Source: Candidatus Methanophagaceae archaeon (GTDB taxonomy: Archaea; Halobacteriota; Syntropharchaeia; Alkanophagales; Methanospirareceae). From it: a stretch of DNA of 32,000 nt. Shown here in pieces: positions 1-9,046 of the stretch. The stretch is from positions 970,444 through 1,002,443 of the forward strand of contig PQXB01000001.1 in assembly GCA_003194425.1 (NCBI GenBank). Reading direction: 5' to 3'. Both the position numbers and the translations under genes were made by a program. The notes beneath the pieces are model-generated. The model was not told the origin of the DNA. It saw only the letters and a list, made by a program, of their open reading frames with translations, and did not search any database. Numbering within the stretch: the first letter of the stretch is position 1; every line of letters starts with the position of its first letter.

Positions 1-154
1 CACGCAAGTGCCGTCCCACTCGCTGCTCCAAGCCCGCGAGTGCAGAGCCGACGTAGGCGTAAAATCCGTTTTTGAACGCAATGCTTCCGAGTTTGCCTAC
101 TTTCACTTCTCTGCTTGCACTGTTTTTTATGAGCAGCACGTAAGTCCCTTTCAT
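1..154 (-). CDS. GIY-YIG / DUF123-like (Uri-superfamily nuclease-like) protein, first 51 codons; CDS continues off the left edge
   Basis: Not in the ORF track because it is too short inside the window. My own minus-strand translation from the ATG at 154-152 gives MKGTYVLLIKNSASREVKVGKLGSIAFKNGFYAYVGSALAGLEQRVGRHLR.. The GxYxYVGSA...RxxRH pattern is what I recall for DUF123/GIY-YIG proteins. The family call is from memory only. Confidence 0.45.
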   Translation of the reverse strand, partial: MKGTYVLLIKNSASREVKVGKLGSIAFKNGFYAYVGSALAGLEQRVGRHLR

Positions 155-388
155 TTCCCTCCTGCTTTCCTTTTATTTTTATCTTTGCAGATTGGTTTGT
201 CTACTAATTAACAAATCAATGGATTGACGGATAATATAAAACAACTAATTTATTTTATGGTAAAAAGGGATAGGAAAGGAAGTTTATAATAGCATGCCCA
301 ACAGGTTCGTGAAGGATTAAAGAAACCAAAAAAGCAAGAGGCTTATGAGTGTGGTAAGAATATTTATTAATTTTTAGACAAACCATTT

Positions 389-1549
389 ATGATGATAAAT
401 TATTTTAAGCCAATGACGAAAAAAATACTCGAAATAAAAGCCTGGAAAGAGCTTTTAGACCTTAATATGCAGGTTTACCTCTTAACAATTCTATTCTGCA
501 TAATTATTACAAAATCTTATAATTATGGCGTAGCAGCAGAAATAACAATACTAATAAGCCTTTTATCATTATATTTGGTCTACACATTCCTCGTTAATGA
601 TTACTGCGACATGCCCTTTGACATAAAAGCAGGGAAAAAAAGGGCGATTCACGAAATGCCAAAAATCGTACCTCTTGGAATGCTCATTTTTTTCGTCTTC
701 TTGAGCGTTATTTTGACCCTGCTTCTGATTTTTTGGAACTCTGAACCTCTCTCAGAAGGTCTCTCAGAAGGTCTCTCAGAAGGTCTCTCAGAAGGTCTCT
801 CAGAAGGTCTCTCAGAAGGTCTCTCAAAATATGGAATCTTCGTCCTCCTTTACGGTACCGCTTACTTCCTCGCTACAGTCTACTCCGCGTTTCCTGTAAG
901 GCTGAAGAGCAGGGGCTCGCTTGGCATAATCGACGATGTCTTGATAGAAAAGACGCTCCCTGTCCTACTAATCTTTTCGTTCTTCGAGTATTACAATCTC
1001 GAAACGCTCCTTTTAGTCGTTCTTTTCTCGCTGCTGCAGCTGAAGATAATTGTAGAACATCAGATCTTGGACTACGAGGCGGACTTAAAGACTGAAGTTC
1101 ATACCTTCGTCGTTAAAGTGGGCGTCAAAAAGGCATCGTCTCTTTTAAATGCAGTCCGTGTCTTCGTGCTACTTTTTTTCATCCTCTTTGCAATAACGCT
1201 CCTGCTAAAAATCCCTTTTTCTGTGATAATCTTAGCCCCCCTTTTCATAGGCTATTTCGTAATGAAAAAACTTGTCGCAGAGGGGAAAGTCGAGAAGAAG
1301 GCGGCGCGTCAGGATTTAAATGTTCCGAAGGAATGGATTGACCGTGTGCCGCTCTATGATGGCTACATCGTCTCGAGTATGAATATTGTCTCGCTGTTTC
1401 TGGCTCTTTTCCTCGCGTTTAAGTCTTATCCTTTTACGGCTTACGGCTCTGCACTGCCCGCCTTTTTAATCGCCCTCGTCTTAATATCGCAGTACTACCT
1501 TATCAGAAATATTTACATACCCTTAACAAAAACCGTTATTTCCTGTTAG
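389..1549 (+). CDS. UbiA-superfamily prenyltransferase-like polytopic membrane protein
   Basis: 386-aa multi-pass hydrophobic ORF. It has a first Asp-rich motif N-D-Y-C-D-M-P-F-D (NDxxDxxxD) and a second motif D-Y-E-A-D (DxxxD followed by T..G), as in UbiA prenyltransferases. It carries an in-frame LSEG x6 tandem-repeat insert. Confidence 0.6.
   Translation: MMINYFKPMTKKILEIKAWKELLDLNMQVYLLTILFCIIITKSYNYGVAAEITILISLLSLYLVYTFLVNDYCDMPFDIKAGKKRAIHEMPKIVPLGMLIFFVFLSVILTLLLIFWNSEPLSEGLSEGLSEGLSEGLSEGLSEGLSKYGIFVLLYGTAYFLATVYSAFPVRLKSRGSLGIIDDVLIEKTLPVLLIFSFFEYYNLETLLLVVLFSLLQLKIIVEHQILDYEADLKTEVHTFVVKVGVKKASSLLNAVRVFVLLFFILFAITLLLKIPFSVIILAPLFIGYFVMKKLVAEGKVEKKAARQDLNVPKEWIDRVPLYDGYIVSSMNIVSLFLALFLAFKSYPFTAYGSALPAFLIALVLISQYYLIRNIYIPLTKTVISC
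749..826. repeat. Perfect 12-bp tandem repeat ctctcagaaggt, 6 copies plus 6 bp, in frame (LSEG)n
   Basis: Counted directly: units at 749-760, 761-772, 773-784, 785-796, 797-808 and 809-820, plus partial 821-826. No mismatches. Confidence 0.95.
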
Positions 1550-3709
1550 ATAATTTTGTAAAAATATCTGAACTTTCTCCTCGTCAGTCCTCAAACTCGG
1601 AAACCAAAACAACGTTCTCTCTTTGTAGTTACAGCCAACTGTTGCAACCTCAGGATTGTCATTTAATTGCCCCAGTACCTTGTAGCCCTCTTTTTCGTAA
1701 TCAAAAGAGGGAAGATATAGAATCTCATCGCCCCTTATTTCCCTGCTTTCTATCCCTTTCAATAATGCATCTCCTTTGGCAAAATGCCAGGAGGATTTGT
1801 CTCTCTCCTGCACCTCTACATTGGTGGTGACATTTAGAAGTCTCTTTAAGTAACTTGCATCTCTATTTCCATATTCATCAAACAAACCTGTCCTACCAAC
1901 AACAAATAAACCCCCTCCTCTCGCACGGTAATCGAGAAGGGCATTTAAAACTTTTTCATCCATTCTTCCGAGATTTACCAACGCTACCACCTTATAACTT
2001 TTTAATTTTAATATCTCAGGATTCTTTACTATTTCATCCGTCGCAACCACATCAAAATCCTCTCCTGCTGAGATAAGTAAAGCACCGAGAGCAAGCGGTT
2101 CGTAGCCTTTGTAACCAGAAAATACATCTAACTCTTCCGTGCCTCTCCTATAATCGAAAGCACCAGCCATAGGTTCTTCTATTATCGCAATCTCGCTTTT
2201 CTCCAACTTTTCCTCCGGCGTCGTATGAAAAGTTTTTGCAAAAGTTGCTATTTCCTTATCTGTAAATTCATCTATAAATTCGTCATCATCACTGCCAAGT
2301 GCTTCATTACCGGAATACCTGTTCTTTCCTTCCCAGATAACTAACCCGCTACTTGTTCTTCTTGCAAACTCCGCACATTTTTTTATCTCCTCTAAATCCG
2401 TGCAGCCCCAATCTTCCCAGGTGATAAAAGCAGGTTTTCCGTGATTTTGGAAGTATTTTATGAAACTGTGGCATATCAGGCGATATAAAGGATTTTCCCA
2501 AAATCCGTTCGAGACCCCGGGGTTAAAGAGAACTAAATCAATATATGAAGAGAATGCATATTCGTAATAATCTGTCTCCATTGTAAATCCCGAAGCGAAA
2601 GTTGTTAAGGGAAGAGAAGAAGTGCAGAACAAGACATGATTTGGGTCAAGGGTTTTATAGAGTTCTGCAAAGTGGTCTCTTGAACGCTTCTTCTCTTCTA
2701 ATCTAAAGAATTGCCAGTCGTAGAACTGCCTTCTTTCGTCTCCACCGCTGTTCACATAATCTACCATTTCATTGAAATCATCAATATCTGGTAAAGGTTG
2801 CGGTATCTCAGCATTCTCAAAAGTCAGACTTTCATTATTCCACCCCTGCCTAAGTTCGGCGGAGTTATTAGAATATTTGTCCTTAAGGTATTCTCTAAAC
2901 CTCTGCTCTGCGAATTCTGAGTAATCGTACCACCCCAACGAGCCGTATCTGAGAACAGGACCGCCAGGATAATTATTCTCTTCTGTATATCCAAACCCTA
3001 AATTCCAGCCAAGCAACGCGGGATGATTCTTGTATCTTTTGACCATTGCTGTAATGACTTGGTCTGTGTATTTCTCATGAGCGGGCGAATTAAAGCAGGG
3101 CATAAAGACTATTTTTCCTGTATTATTTTTTTGAAGATTTGTTTTGTAGTTCTTGAGCCACCACAAAGGCGGTGTGTGATAAACAAAGCAAGGAACTAAA
3201 TAAACACCTCTACTTTCTGCATAATCAAAGAGCTCATCCAAGAGCGTCCAGTCTATTAGTTCTGCAGCATCTTCTGGCGGCTGCATTGGTTTTATTGCAT
3301 CAATTAGCTCTTCATACTCTCCCGCATCATATAACTCCCAAATATTAGGCGGCGCTAACTCCAGCGATGTCTTATCAATAAATAACCACCGTAAATCAAG
3401 AATTACAAAAGTAAAGTTGTGCTTAGCTGCTTTGTCTATGTATTTTTTCACAGGCTCGACGCTTTCTTGACTCCAAGGCAATAGTTGAGAGGTAGTGTAG
3501 AATCCGGTTATCTCTGTCTCTTTATCCCCTACAAAAAGCTCAGGCGTTCCGTTTACAATCTTTACATAACTCTTTTCAGAATTTGCCACTGAAAAAGCTT
3601 TTTCAACTTTTACCCCAGGTGGCGTGGAATCGTAGTACACAACGCCAATTACGGCAATTCCACTTGTAATTCCGATTATCAGTAAAGCTAATATAACTTT
3701 CACTTTCAT
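1523..3709 (-). CDS. Membrane-anchored glycoside-hydrolase-like protein (GH42 / beta-galactosidase-like TIM barrel with C-terminal trimerisation/GATase1-like domain)
   Basis: 728 aa with an N-terminal TM anchor (MKVKVILALLIIGITSGIAVIGVV). The segment MPCFNSPAHEKYTDQVITAMVKRYKNHPALLGWNLGFGYTEENNY parallels the GH42 'C.nsP.y....la.ry..hPal.gW.v.NE' region. The C-terminal VVALVNLGRMD...GGGLFVVG resembles the GH42 C-terminal domain. Its start codon abuts the stop of the upstream GT-C gene (3709/3711). Confidence 0.5.
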   Translation of the reverse strand: MKVKVILALLIIGITSGIAVIGVVYYDSTPPGVKVEKAFSVANSEKSYVKIVNGTPELFVGDKETEITGFYTTSQLLPWSQESVEPVKKYIDKAAKHNFTFVILDLRWLFIDKTSLELAPPNIWELYDAGEYEELIDAIKPMQPPEDAAELIDWTLLDELFDYAESRGVYLVPCFVYHTPPLWWLKNYKTNLQKNNTGKIVFMPCFNSPAHEKYTDQVITAMVKRYKNHPALLGWNLGFGYTEENNYPGGPVLRYGSLGWYDYSEFAEQRFREYLKDKYSNNSAELRQGWNNESLTFENAEIPQPLPDIDDFNEMVDYVNSGGDERRQFYDWQFFRLEEKKRSRDHFAELYKTLDPNHVLFCTSSLPLTTFASGFTMETDYYEYAFSSYIDLVLFNPGVSNGFWENPLYRLICHSFIKYFQNHGKPAFITWEDWGCTDLEEIKKCAEFARRTSSGLVIWEGKNRYSGNEALGSDDDEFIDEFTDKEIATFAKTFHTTPEEKLEKSEIAIIEEPMAGAFDYRRGTEELDVFSGYKGYEPLALGALLISAGEDFDVVATDEIVKNPEILKLKSYKVVALVNLGRMDEKVLNALLDYRARGGGLFVVGRTGLFDEYGNRDASYLKRLLNVTTNVEVQERDKSSWHFAKGDALLKGIESREIRGDEILYLPSFDYEKEGYKVLGQLNDNPEVATVGCNYKERTLFWFPSLRTDEEKVQIFLQNYLTGNNGFC

Positions 3710-3710
3710 T

Positions 3711-5828
3711 TTATCCTTTTTTCAAAATGATACACTCAGTCTGAAATGAATCTACTTTTCTCCATGCCTCTTCTCTTTCTCCTCCTTCTTCTCCTCTGTT
3801 TCCTTCTCTTTCTCCTCTGTTTCCTTCTCTTTCTCCTCTGTTTCCTTCTCTTTCTCCTCTGCTTCCTTCTCCTACTCTTTCTCCTCCTTCTCTTTCTCCT
3901 CCTTTTTCGTATTCGGCATAAAGGTCAACCGTTATTGAAATCTTCCCTGCGTGTTCCCTAACAGGAAGTATTTTAAATTTGAGCATACGAGTTGAATCGC
4001 TATTGAGGGTTAGACTACGCCACGGCTCATCCACAAATATTGTATATTGATCAGAATACACTACAACAGTAAAATTTGTGCGAGAACCCCCCGTGTTCTT
4101 CACCCGAACTAACGCGGTAGATACTGCCCCAACTTTCATCACGCTTGGCACGCTCCTCTCGAAAATCTCTTGAGATATTTTTCCGTCTTTACCATCGTCT
4201 GATGACAATAATTCTGGAGGTTGCATAGTTCTCCTTTTAAAAACAAGACATTTGTAGGGGTAGGTTTGGGAGTGAAAAACGAGTGTATAATCGTCAAATA
4301 TCGGCTTTGCAGTCTTTCCTTCGAGATAGAAAGAATACAGTTCTTCCACTATTAAATAATGTGGTTTTAAAATATTAATTTTTTCTATATCTACTGTTGC
4401 AAGTTCCCCTGAATACTCACTCGCAGGCGTCATAATGAGAAATGAAGTTGCATTAAGGTCGCTAAGGTGTATGCCGTAATCTATAATATTAAATTGAGTA
4501 ATCCGTCCTATTATAATATGCCCTTCATAGCCGCTCTTACGGACATCGGTTTTTATATAATTTAAGGCACTTTCAGTCCACGAATAATCGCCTTTATCCC
4601 AGTAAGGCGACGAAACCGCGGTAACGAAGGAAGAAAACAGCATTATTGTAGTGAGCAGAATTACGAAAAAACTGAAGATATTTTTGTAGTTTTTTCCGCC
4701 TCTCGTTCTCAGTCTCGTTCTCAGTCTCGTTCTCAATTGCTCAAAAGATTTTACAGCAAGATGAGAAAGCATTACAAAGTAAAACAGAACTGTGTAGAGC
4801 AGATAATATTTACTTACTGAACATCCGAGAAATATGAACATAAAAAAACCCAAAATAAAAATCGTAAGAAAACTACCCTCTTTTTCTCGTTTCGTGAAGT
4901 CAAGAAAGAAATAAAGAAGAGTTATAATAAAGAGTAAAAGCGCTGAGAGGAGGAAGAGGGATCTCCAGAAAGGATTTAAACTCTGGTTGCCCCAGGCTAA
5001 TATCTCTGGTATTTTTATCCCTGCTTTTTCAATTAATTCATTTAAAGGTATTTCGTGAACGCGAGTGGCTGACGGTAGTCTTCCTCCTGCTTGTGCTCCC
5101 TTCTCAAATCGTTCCACAGCGTGGTAGTAAATCGGACCTAATCCTACGCCTGTAATCTGAAAACATATCAGCAAAGGGGCGAAGAACAAGAGAGCGAAGA
5201 GAAAAGTTATAATTAGCCGTTTATCCAGCAGCGCTTTAAAACTAAACCGTTTTGTCCAAAAAACATATGCAAGTGCAGCAGGCGCCAAAATAAAGGAAAT
5301 GTATTTCGCATCTATTGCCAGACCAAGCATTATTCCAGCAAGGCAAGCAGATTTTATCTTTTCTTCTGACTGACTCCGCCAGAAGAAGTAAACGAACGCG
5401 GTAATAAAAAATAATGTAAGTGCTTCAAACATTATTAAGCGACTGAATAAGCAGTGGTAGGACGAGAAACAAAGAAAAGAGGCAGCTAACAACCCTGTTT
5501 TTTTATCGTACACCTCTCTTCCAAAAAGATACAAGAAGGGTACAGTTAAACTTCCAAAAAACACGGAAATCATCCTGATAGTCTCTAAATTGCCATCAAA
5601 GAGCAAAGAAACCACTGCTTCAATATATGAAAATAATGGATTTACATATTTAAATACTTCTGCAACAGGTGTAAAATTGTTCGCTAAAACTGTACTTCCC
5701 AGAAAATGATATCCATACTCGTCAGGATACATACAAGCAGTAGGAACGCCCGCTGCTCGTATTAAGAATGCCACAGAAAACAAACTAAGAATTATTAAAA
5801 TATCTTTTCCCCTTCTCTCCGCTATCAT
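3711..5828 (-). CDS. GT-C fold glycosyltransferase (ArnT / PMT_2-like, polyprenyl-phosphate-sugar dependent) with extracytoplasmic Ig/CARDB-like C-terminal domain and repeat tail
   Basis: 705 aa with about 10 or more TM helices. The first-loop acidic motif YPDEYGY matches the DE motif of GT-C enzymes. The soluble C-terminal region (VGAVSTALVRVKNTGGSRTNFTVVVYSD) looks like a CARDB/Ig fold. The extreme C-terminus is a GEREGNR repeat. Confidence 0.6.
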   Translation of the reverse strand: MIAERRGKDILIILSLFSVAFLIRAAGVPTACMYPDEYGYHFLGSTVLANNFTPVAEVFKYVNPLFSYIEAVVSLLFDGNLETIRMISVFFGSLTVPFLYLFGREVYDKKTGLLAASFLCFSSYHCLFSRLIMFEALTLFFITAFVYFFWRSQSEEKIKSACLAGIMLGLAIDAKYISFILAPAALAYVFWTKRFSFKALLDKRLIITFLFALLFFAPLLICFQITGVGLGPIYYHAVERFEKGAQAGGRLPSATRVHEIPLNELIEKAGIKIPEILAWGNQSLNPFWRSLFLLSALLLFIITLLYFFLDFTKREKEGSFLTIFILGFFMFIFLGCSVSKYYLLYTVLFYFVMLSHLAVKSFEQLRTRLRTRLRTRGGKNYKNIFSFFVILLTTIMLFSSFVTAVSSPYWDKGDYSWTESALNYIKTDVRKSGYEGHIIIGRITQFNIIDYGIHLSDLNATSFLIMTPASEYSGELATVDIEKINILKPHYLIVEELYSFYLEGKTAKPIFDDYTLVFHSQTYPYKCLVFKRRTMQPPELLSSDDGKDGKISQEIFERSVPSVMKVGAVSTALVRVKNTGGSRTNFTVVVYSDQYTIFVDEPWRSLTLNSDSTRMLKFKILPVREHAGKISITVDLYAEYEKGGEREGGERVGEGSRGEREGNRGEREGNRGEREGNRGEEGGEREEAWRKVDSFQTECIILKKG
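3791..3872. repeat. 21-bp tandem repeat ctcctctgtttccttctcttt, 3 perfect copies plus 1 diverged partial; encodes (GEREGNR)n on the minus strand
   Basis: Units at 3791-3811, 3812-3832 and 3833-3853 are identical. 3854-3872 is a variant (ctcctctgcttccttctcc). Confidence 0.9.
4701..4735. repeat. 12-bp tandem repeat tctcgttctcag x2.9; encodes (LRTR)3 on the minus strand
   Basis: Units at 4701-4712 and 4713-4724, plus 4725-4735 (11 of 12 bp). Lies inside the GT-C CDS between its TM and soluble parts. Confidence 0.9.
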
Positions 5829-6634
5829 TCCATTTTTTTAACCCTTAAATACCAGCCTACACCCACAAATCTAAGAAAACCGTTTTTATTAGATATTTTA
5901 GATATTCTTTCGCTTACTGGCTGCCATATTTTAAACAACCTCATTAGAATTGGAGTGGGCAGGAAGAGAAGAGGACCCCAAAGTTCAAAAGTGGTCTTGA
6001 CCTCTATTACCCGTAAGCCACACCGTTCAATAATTTTAAGCAGTGAGAAGTAGTTAAAGAATGTGTGGTGAGGCATATTAGCACCAAGCAGCGTAAGAAT
6101 TTTCCGCCCGAAAATCTGTGTCCAACTCATCGGGTTTAAATAATTCTCAACATTAAAATATATTATTCCATCCTGCTTCGTTATTCTGGCTAACTCTTTC
6201 AACGCTTTTTCTACACCTTGCTGACCTCCTGGCAAGTGAAATATCGTGCCAACGCAAAACGAAATATCAAAACTCTCTTCTTTGAACGGTAAATTCATTA
6301 TGTCCGCTAAGGTTAAATCTACCCTTCTACCGTTTAGTGCAGTTTTAGCGCTTTCTAAAACGGCTCTCGATAAATCAACGCCGATGACTTCTGCACCTAA
6401 CTCTGAAAAAAGCGACGAAAACCTCGCAAGTGGTCCAACCCCGGCATCAATAATTCTTTTACCCTCCACTCTTAATTCCTTTGCTATTTCCTCATTAGCA
6501 TTTTTTACGTGCTCTCTTGCCTCGCTTTCCTTTAGTATTTCCTTTAGCCGAGTTCCCTGCAATCTTCCGAAGACAATATCCTCCGGAGGCTCCTCTTTTG
6601 CCCTCTGTTCCCAGATCTCCTTAATTTTCATCAA
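5825..6634 (-). CDS. Class I SAM-dependent methyltransferase
   Basis: 269 aa. Motif I-like IIDAGVGPLARF, then acidic VIGVDLS (motif II) and FDISFCVGTIFHL (motif III region). The stop overlaps the GT-C start by 4 nt (5825-5828), indicating an operon. Confidence 0.7.
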   Translation of the reverse strand: MMKIKEIWEQRAKEEPPEDIVFGRLQGTRLKEILKESEAREHVKNANEEIAKELRVEGKRIIDAGVGPLARFSSLFSELGAEVIGVDLSRAVLESAKTALNGRRVDLTLADIMNLPFKEESFDISFCVGTIFHLPGGQQGVEKALKELARITKQDGIIYFNVENYLNPMSWTQIFGRKILTLLGANMPHHTFFNYFSLLKIIERCGLRVIEVKTTFELWGPLLFLPTPILMRLFKIWQPVSERISKISNKNGFLRFVGVGWYLRVKKME

Positions 6635-6675
6635 AATTACCTACAATTGTTATTCTGATAAAAGTCTTTCTCTCC

Positions 6676-7812
6676 TCACATAAACCGATAGTAAAATCTC
6701 AAATCGCTGATATATTTTAAGGGATTTTGAACAACATATTTAAGAGAACAACGCAAACTGGGTTCGATAAAACAACCCATCCAACACTTCTGGCAGTTAC
6801 CCTTTTTTATCTCCTTTCTAACATCGTTAAACCGCCGAGAGTTCCAAATCTTCTCAAAAGGTTCGTTCCTAACGTTTCCAATAGCAGGGATAAATGCACA
6901 CGGTACTACGTCTCCCGTCCAACTTATGTTACACGAGAAAGAACCTGCAAAACAATCTATCTCTATCCTGTTTATATCCTCAAAGAATCTTCTCATTCCT
7001 CTCAAATAAACATCGCAGTTTGTATAAATACCGTATTTTTTCGTTCTCTCTATAATTTGCTCTATCACTTCATCCAAAACATCTAATCGTTTTCCTCTTA
7101 TTATTAACATCTCTTCCGTCTCTTTATGTCCAAGAGATACATGCCATGGTTGGAATCTTATCGCGTCAACCCCTAAATCATTCGCAAAATCAACGAGTCG
7201 TGGCAACTCTTCAAGATTCAACCCGGTAATAATAGGGCTAATGCCAACCTGAGTATGGTCTTTGTAATCTACAAGGTATTTAATAGCAGCTACAGTTCTC
7301 TCGAAAGTGCCTCCGATTCCCCTTATCTTATCATGCAATCCTGGTGTGACAGCATCCAATGAAATACTAATAGCATCCAATCCTGAGTCGTTAATTCTCT
7401 TCGCAGCCTGCTCTCCGATAAGAGAGCCGTTAGAACTTATATGTAAGCCTAAATCCCTTCGCTTTACGTACTCTATCACCTCAAAAATATCTTTCCTTAA
7501 AAAGGGCTCTCCTCCACTTATGCTAATATAAGACGTTCCCATGGACTTTATGGAATTAATAATTTTTTTAAGTTCCTCAGTTGAAAATTCCTTATTTATG
7601 ATGTCAGAATATTTTTCTGGTACCTCACGAATATCACAATGTATGCATTTCAGGTTGCATCTTCTGGTGATTTGTAGGTTCACAAGGAGTGGAGCGGGTG
7701 GCGAACGATTTGCATATCTCGATAAATTGAGATGAAGGAAATATAAGGCGCCACGAGTGATAAATTTTGCTTTTTCAATCTTCTTTTTCTTGAGCATGAT
7801 TCTCGTCACCAT
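6676..7812 (-). CDS. Radical SAM enzyme with C-terminal SPASM-type auxiliary cluster domain
   Basis: 378 aa. CNLKCIHC (CxxxCxxC) radical-SAM cluster motif, the ISISGGEPFL SAM-binding motif, and a Cys-rich C-terminus (CFAGSFSCNISWTGDVVPC ... GNCQKCWMGCFIEPSLRC) typical of SPASM/twitch domains. Confidence 0.85.
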   Translation of the reverse strand: MVTRIMLKKKKIEKAKFITRGALYFLHLNLSRYANRSPPAPLLVNLQITRRCNLKCIHCDIREVPEKYSDIINKEFSTEELKKIINSIKSMGTSYISISGGEPFLRKDIFEVIEYVKRRDLGLHISSNGSLIGEQAAKRINDSGLDAISISLDAVTPGLHDKIRGIGGTFERTVAAIKYLVDYKDHTQVGISPIITGLNLEELPRLVDFANDLGVDAIRFQPWHVSLGHKETEEMLIIRGKRLDVLDEVIEQIIERTKKYGIYTNCDVYLRGMRRFFEDINRIEIDCFAGSFSCNISWTGDVVPCAFIPAIGNVRNEPFEKIWNSRRFNDVRKEIKKGNCQKCWMGCFIEPSLRCSLKYVVQNPLKYISDLRFYYRFM

Positions 7813-7830
7813 TTTGTAAGCATTCTACAG

Positions 7831-7839
7831 ATATAAAAG
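7831..7839 (+). promoter_or_regulatory. TATA-box-like element (atataaaag) in the 56-bp divergent intergenic region
   Basis: AT-rich octamer about 30 bp upstream of the GT4 ATG at 7869. This spacing is compatible with an archaeal promoter and a short or absent leader. Sequence pattern only. Confidence 0.3.
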
Positions 7840-7868
7840 ATAACGAAGATAAAATTTTAGTAAATCTT

Positions 7869-9035
7869 ATGAAAATAGCGATGGTAACAGCCTGGTTCCC
7901 TCCGATTATTGTGGGAAGTGGAAATAGATTTTATGAAATAGGCAAGCGACTTGCAAGAAAGCACGAGATAGATGTATATACTCTTAGAGTAGACTGGCAT
8001 GCAAGAGAAGAAATGATGGATGGGATGCATATTCACAGATATGGCAGATTCAATATCTCTAAAAGCGGAAGTATAGAGGAGAGCTATCATCTGCTCAAGT
8101 TAAGATTTAGTCTTGATGTGGTCAGAAAATTGAGCAGGAACTTCGATATAATAGATTGTAACATTGTTTCAAAAGTGCTTCCTTTTGCCTCTTATCTGTT
8201 ATCAAAAATATCCGGGGCATCGGTGATTTTGACGTGGCACGAAATATGGCACATGCAAAATTTCAAGGTCCTCAACCCGATGTTGGCTTTACCTGCCTTT
8301 TTCATTGAGTTATTTATTCCAAGATTGGCTGATGTAAACATAGCGGTTTCTGGGACAACAAAAAGGAGATTAGTAAGCCTACTCGGTGCTGATCCGAAGA
8401 AGACTCACGTGATACCGAATGGCGTGGACATGAAGAAGTTCAGGGATACTTCTGTAGAGAAGAAATATGGAAGGATTTTATATATTGGTAGGTTAGAAAG
8501 CCATAAGCGTGTAGATACATTAATAAGGGCTTATCGGCGCTTGAAAAGAGGTTATGCAGACATCGAGCTGATCATCGTAGGGACAGGCTCGCAGAAGCCA
8601 CACCTAAAAGCCCTGTCAAGAGAGTTAAATCTTGAGGTAGAATTCTTAGAGCCGCTACCTTACGAGAGGTTGGTAGAACTGATGAAATCTGCGTGGGTGC
8701 TGGTGCTTCCTTCGGTGAGAGAGGGGCAAGGAATCGTGCTGTTGGAGGCGATGGCTGCGGGGACACCGCCAGTCGCGGTAAACGCACCCGGAAGCGGCGT
8801 GGTTGACGCTGTTACAGACGGTTACAACGGCTTGCTCGCACCGTCGGCTGGAGAAAGAGAACTCGAGAGTGCGATCGAGAGGCTCTTGACGAACGAGGAT
8901 TTGTATGAAAGGTTGAGGAAAAATGGGTTAGAATTTGTGAAGAAATATGACTGGGAAGTAGTAGCGAAGAGGACTGAGGAGGTTTACGAGCAGGCTCAAG
9001 CTGCGAGGGCGAGAGCGAAGAAAGGCGGGTTTTAA
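7869..9035 (+). CDS. GT-B fold glycosyltransferase, family 4 (GT4)
   Basis: 388 aa. N-terminal MKIAMVTAWFPPIIVGSGN (glycine-rich GT4 start) and a C-terminal E-x7-E motif, EGQGIVLLEAMAAGTPPVAV. Confidence 0.85.
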   Translation: MKIAMVTAWFPPIIVGSGNRFYEIGKRLARKHEIDVYTLRVDWHAREEMMDGMHIHRYGRFNISKSGSIEESYHLLKLRFSLDVVRKLSRNFDIIDCNIVSKVLPFASYLLSKISGASVILTWHEIWHMQNFKVLNPMLALPAFFIELFIPRLADVNIAVSGTTKRRLVSLLGADPKKTHVIPNGVDMKKFRDTSVEKKYGRILYIGRLESHKRVDTLIRAYRRLKRGYADIELIIVGTGSQKPHLKALSRELNLEVEFLEPLPYERLVELMKSAWVLVLPSVREGQGIVLLEAMAAGTPPVAVNAPGSGVVDAVTDGYNGLLAPSAGERELESAIERLLTNEDLYERLRKNGLEFVKKYDWEVVAKRTEEVYEQAQAARARAKKGGF

Positions 9036-9046
9036 GTCAGGTTTAT

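Noticed and set aside
8-211. 67-aa plus-strand ORF at the left edge
   Set aside because: It is antisense to the DUF123/GIY-YIG-like N-terminus, which has a recognisable family pattern. It has no features of its own.
160-388. Searched this and the other larger intergenic gaps (11215-11252, 14709-14803, 23938-24072, 24888-25129, 25910-26005) for tRNA or other structured RNA genes
   Set aside because: I saw no cloverleaf-compatible acceptor/T-arm sequences (for example GTTCGAATC-type T loops) and no long GC-rich stems. The gaps are AT-rich and promoter-like.
3746-3961. 71-aa Leu/Phe-rich plus-strand ORF
   Set aside because: It is the antisense reading of the GEREGNR repeat tail of the GT-C gene.
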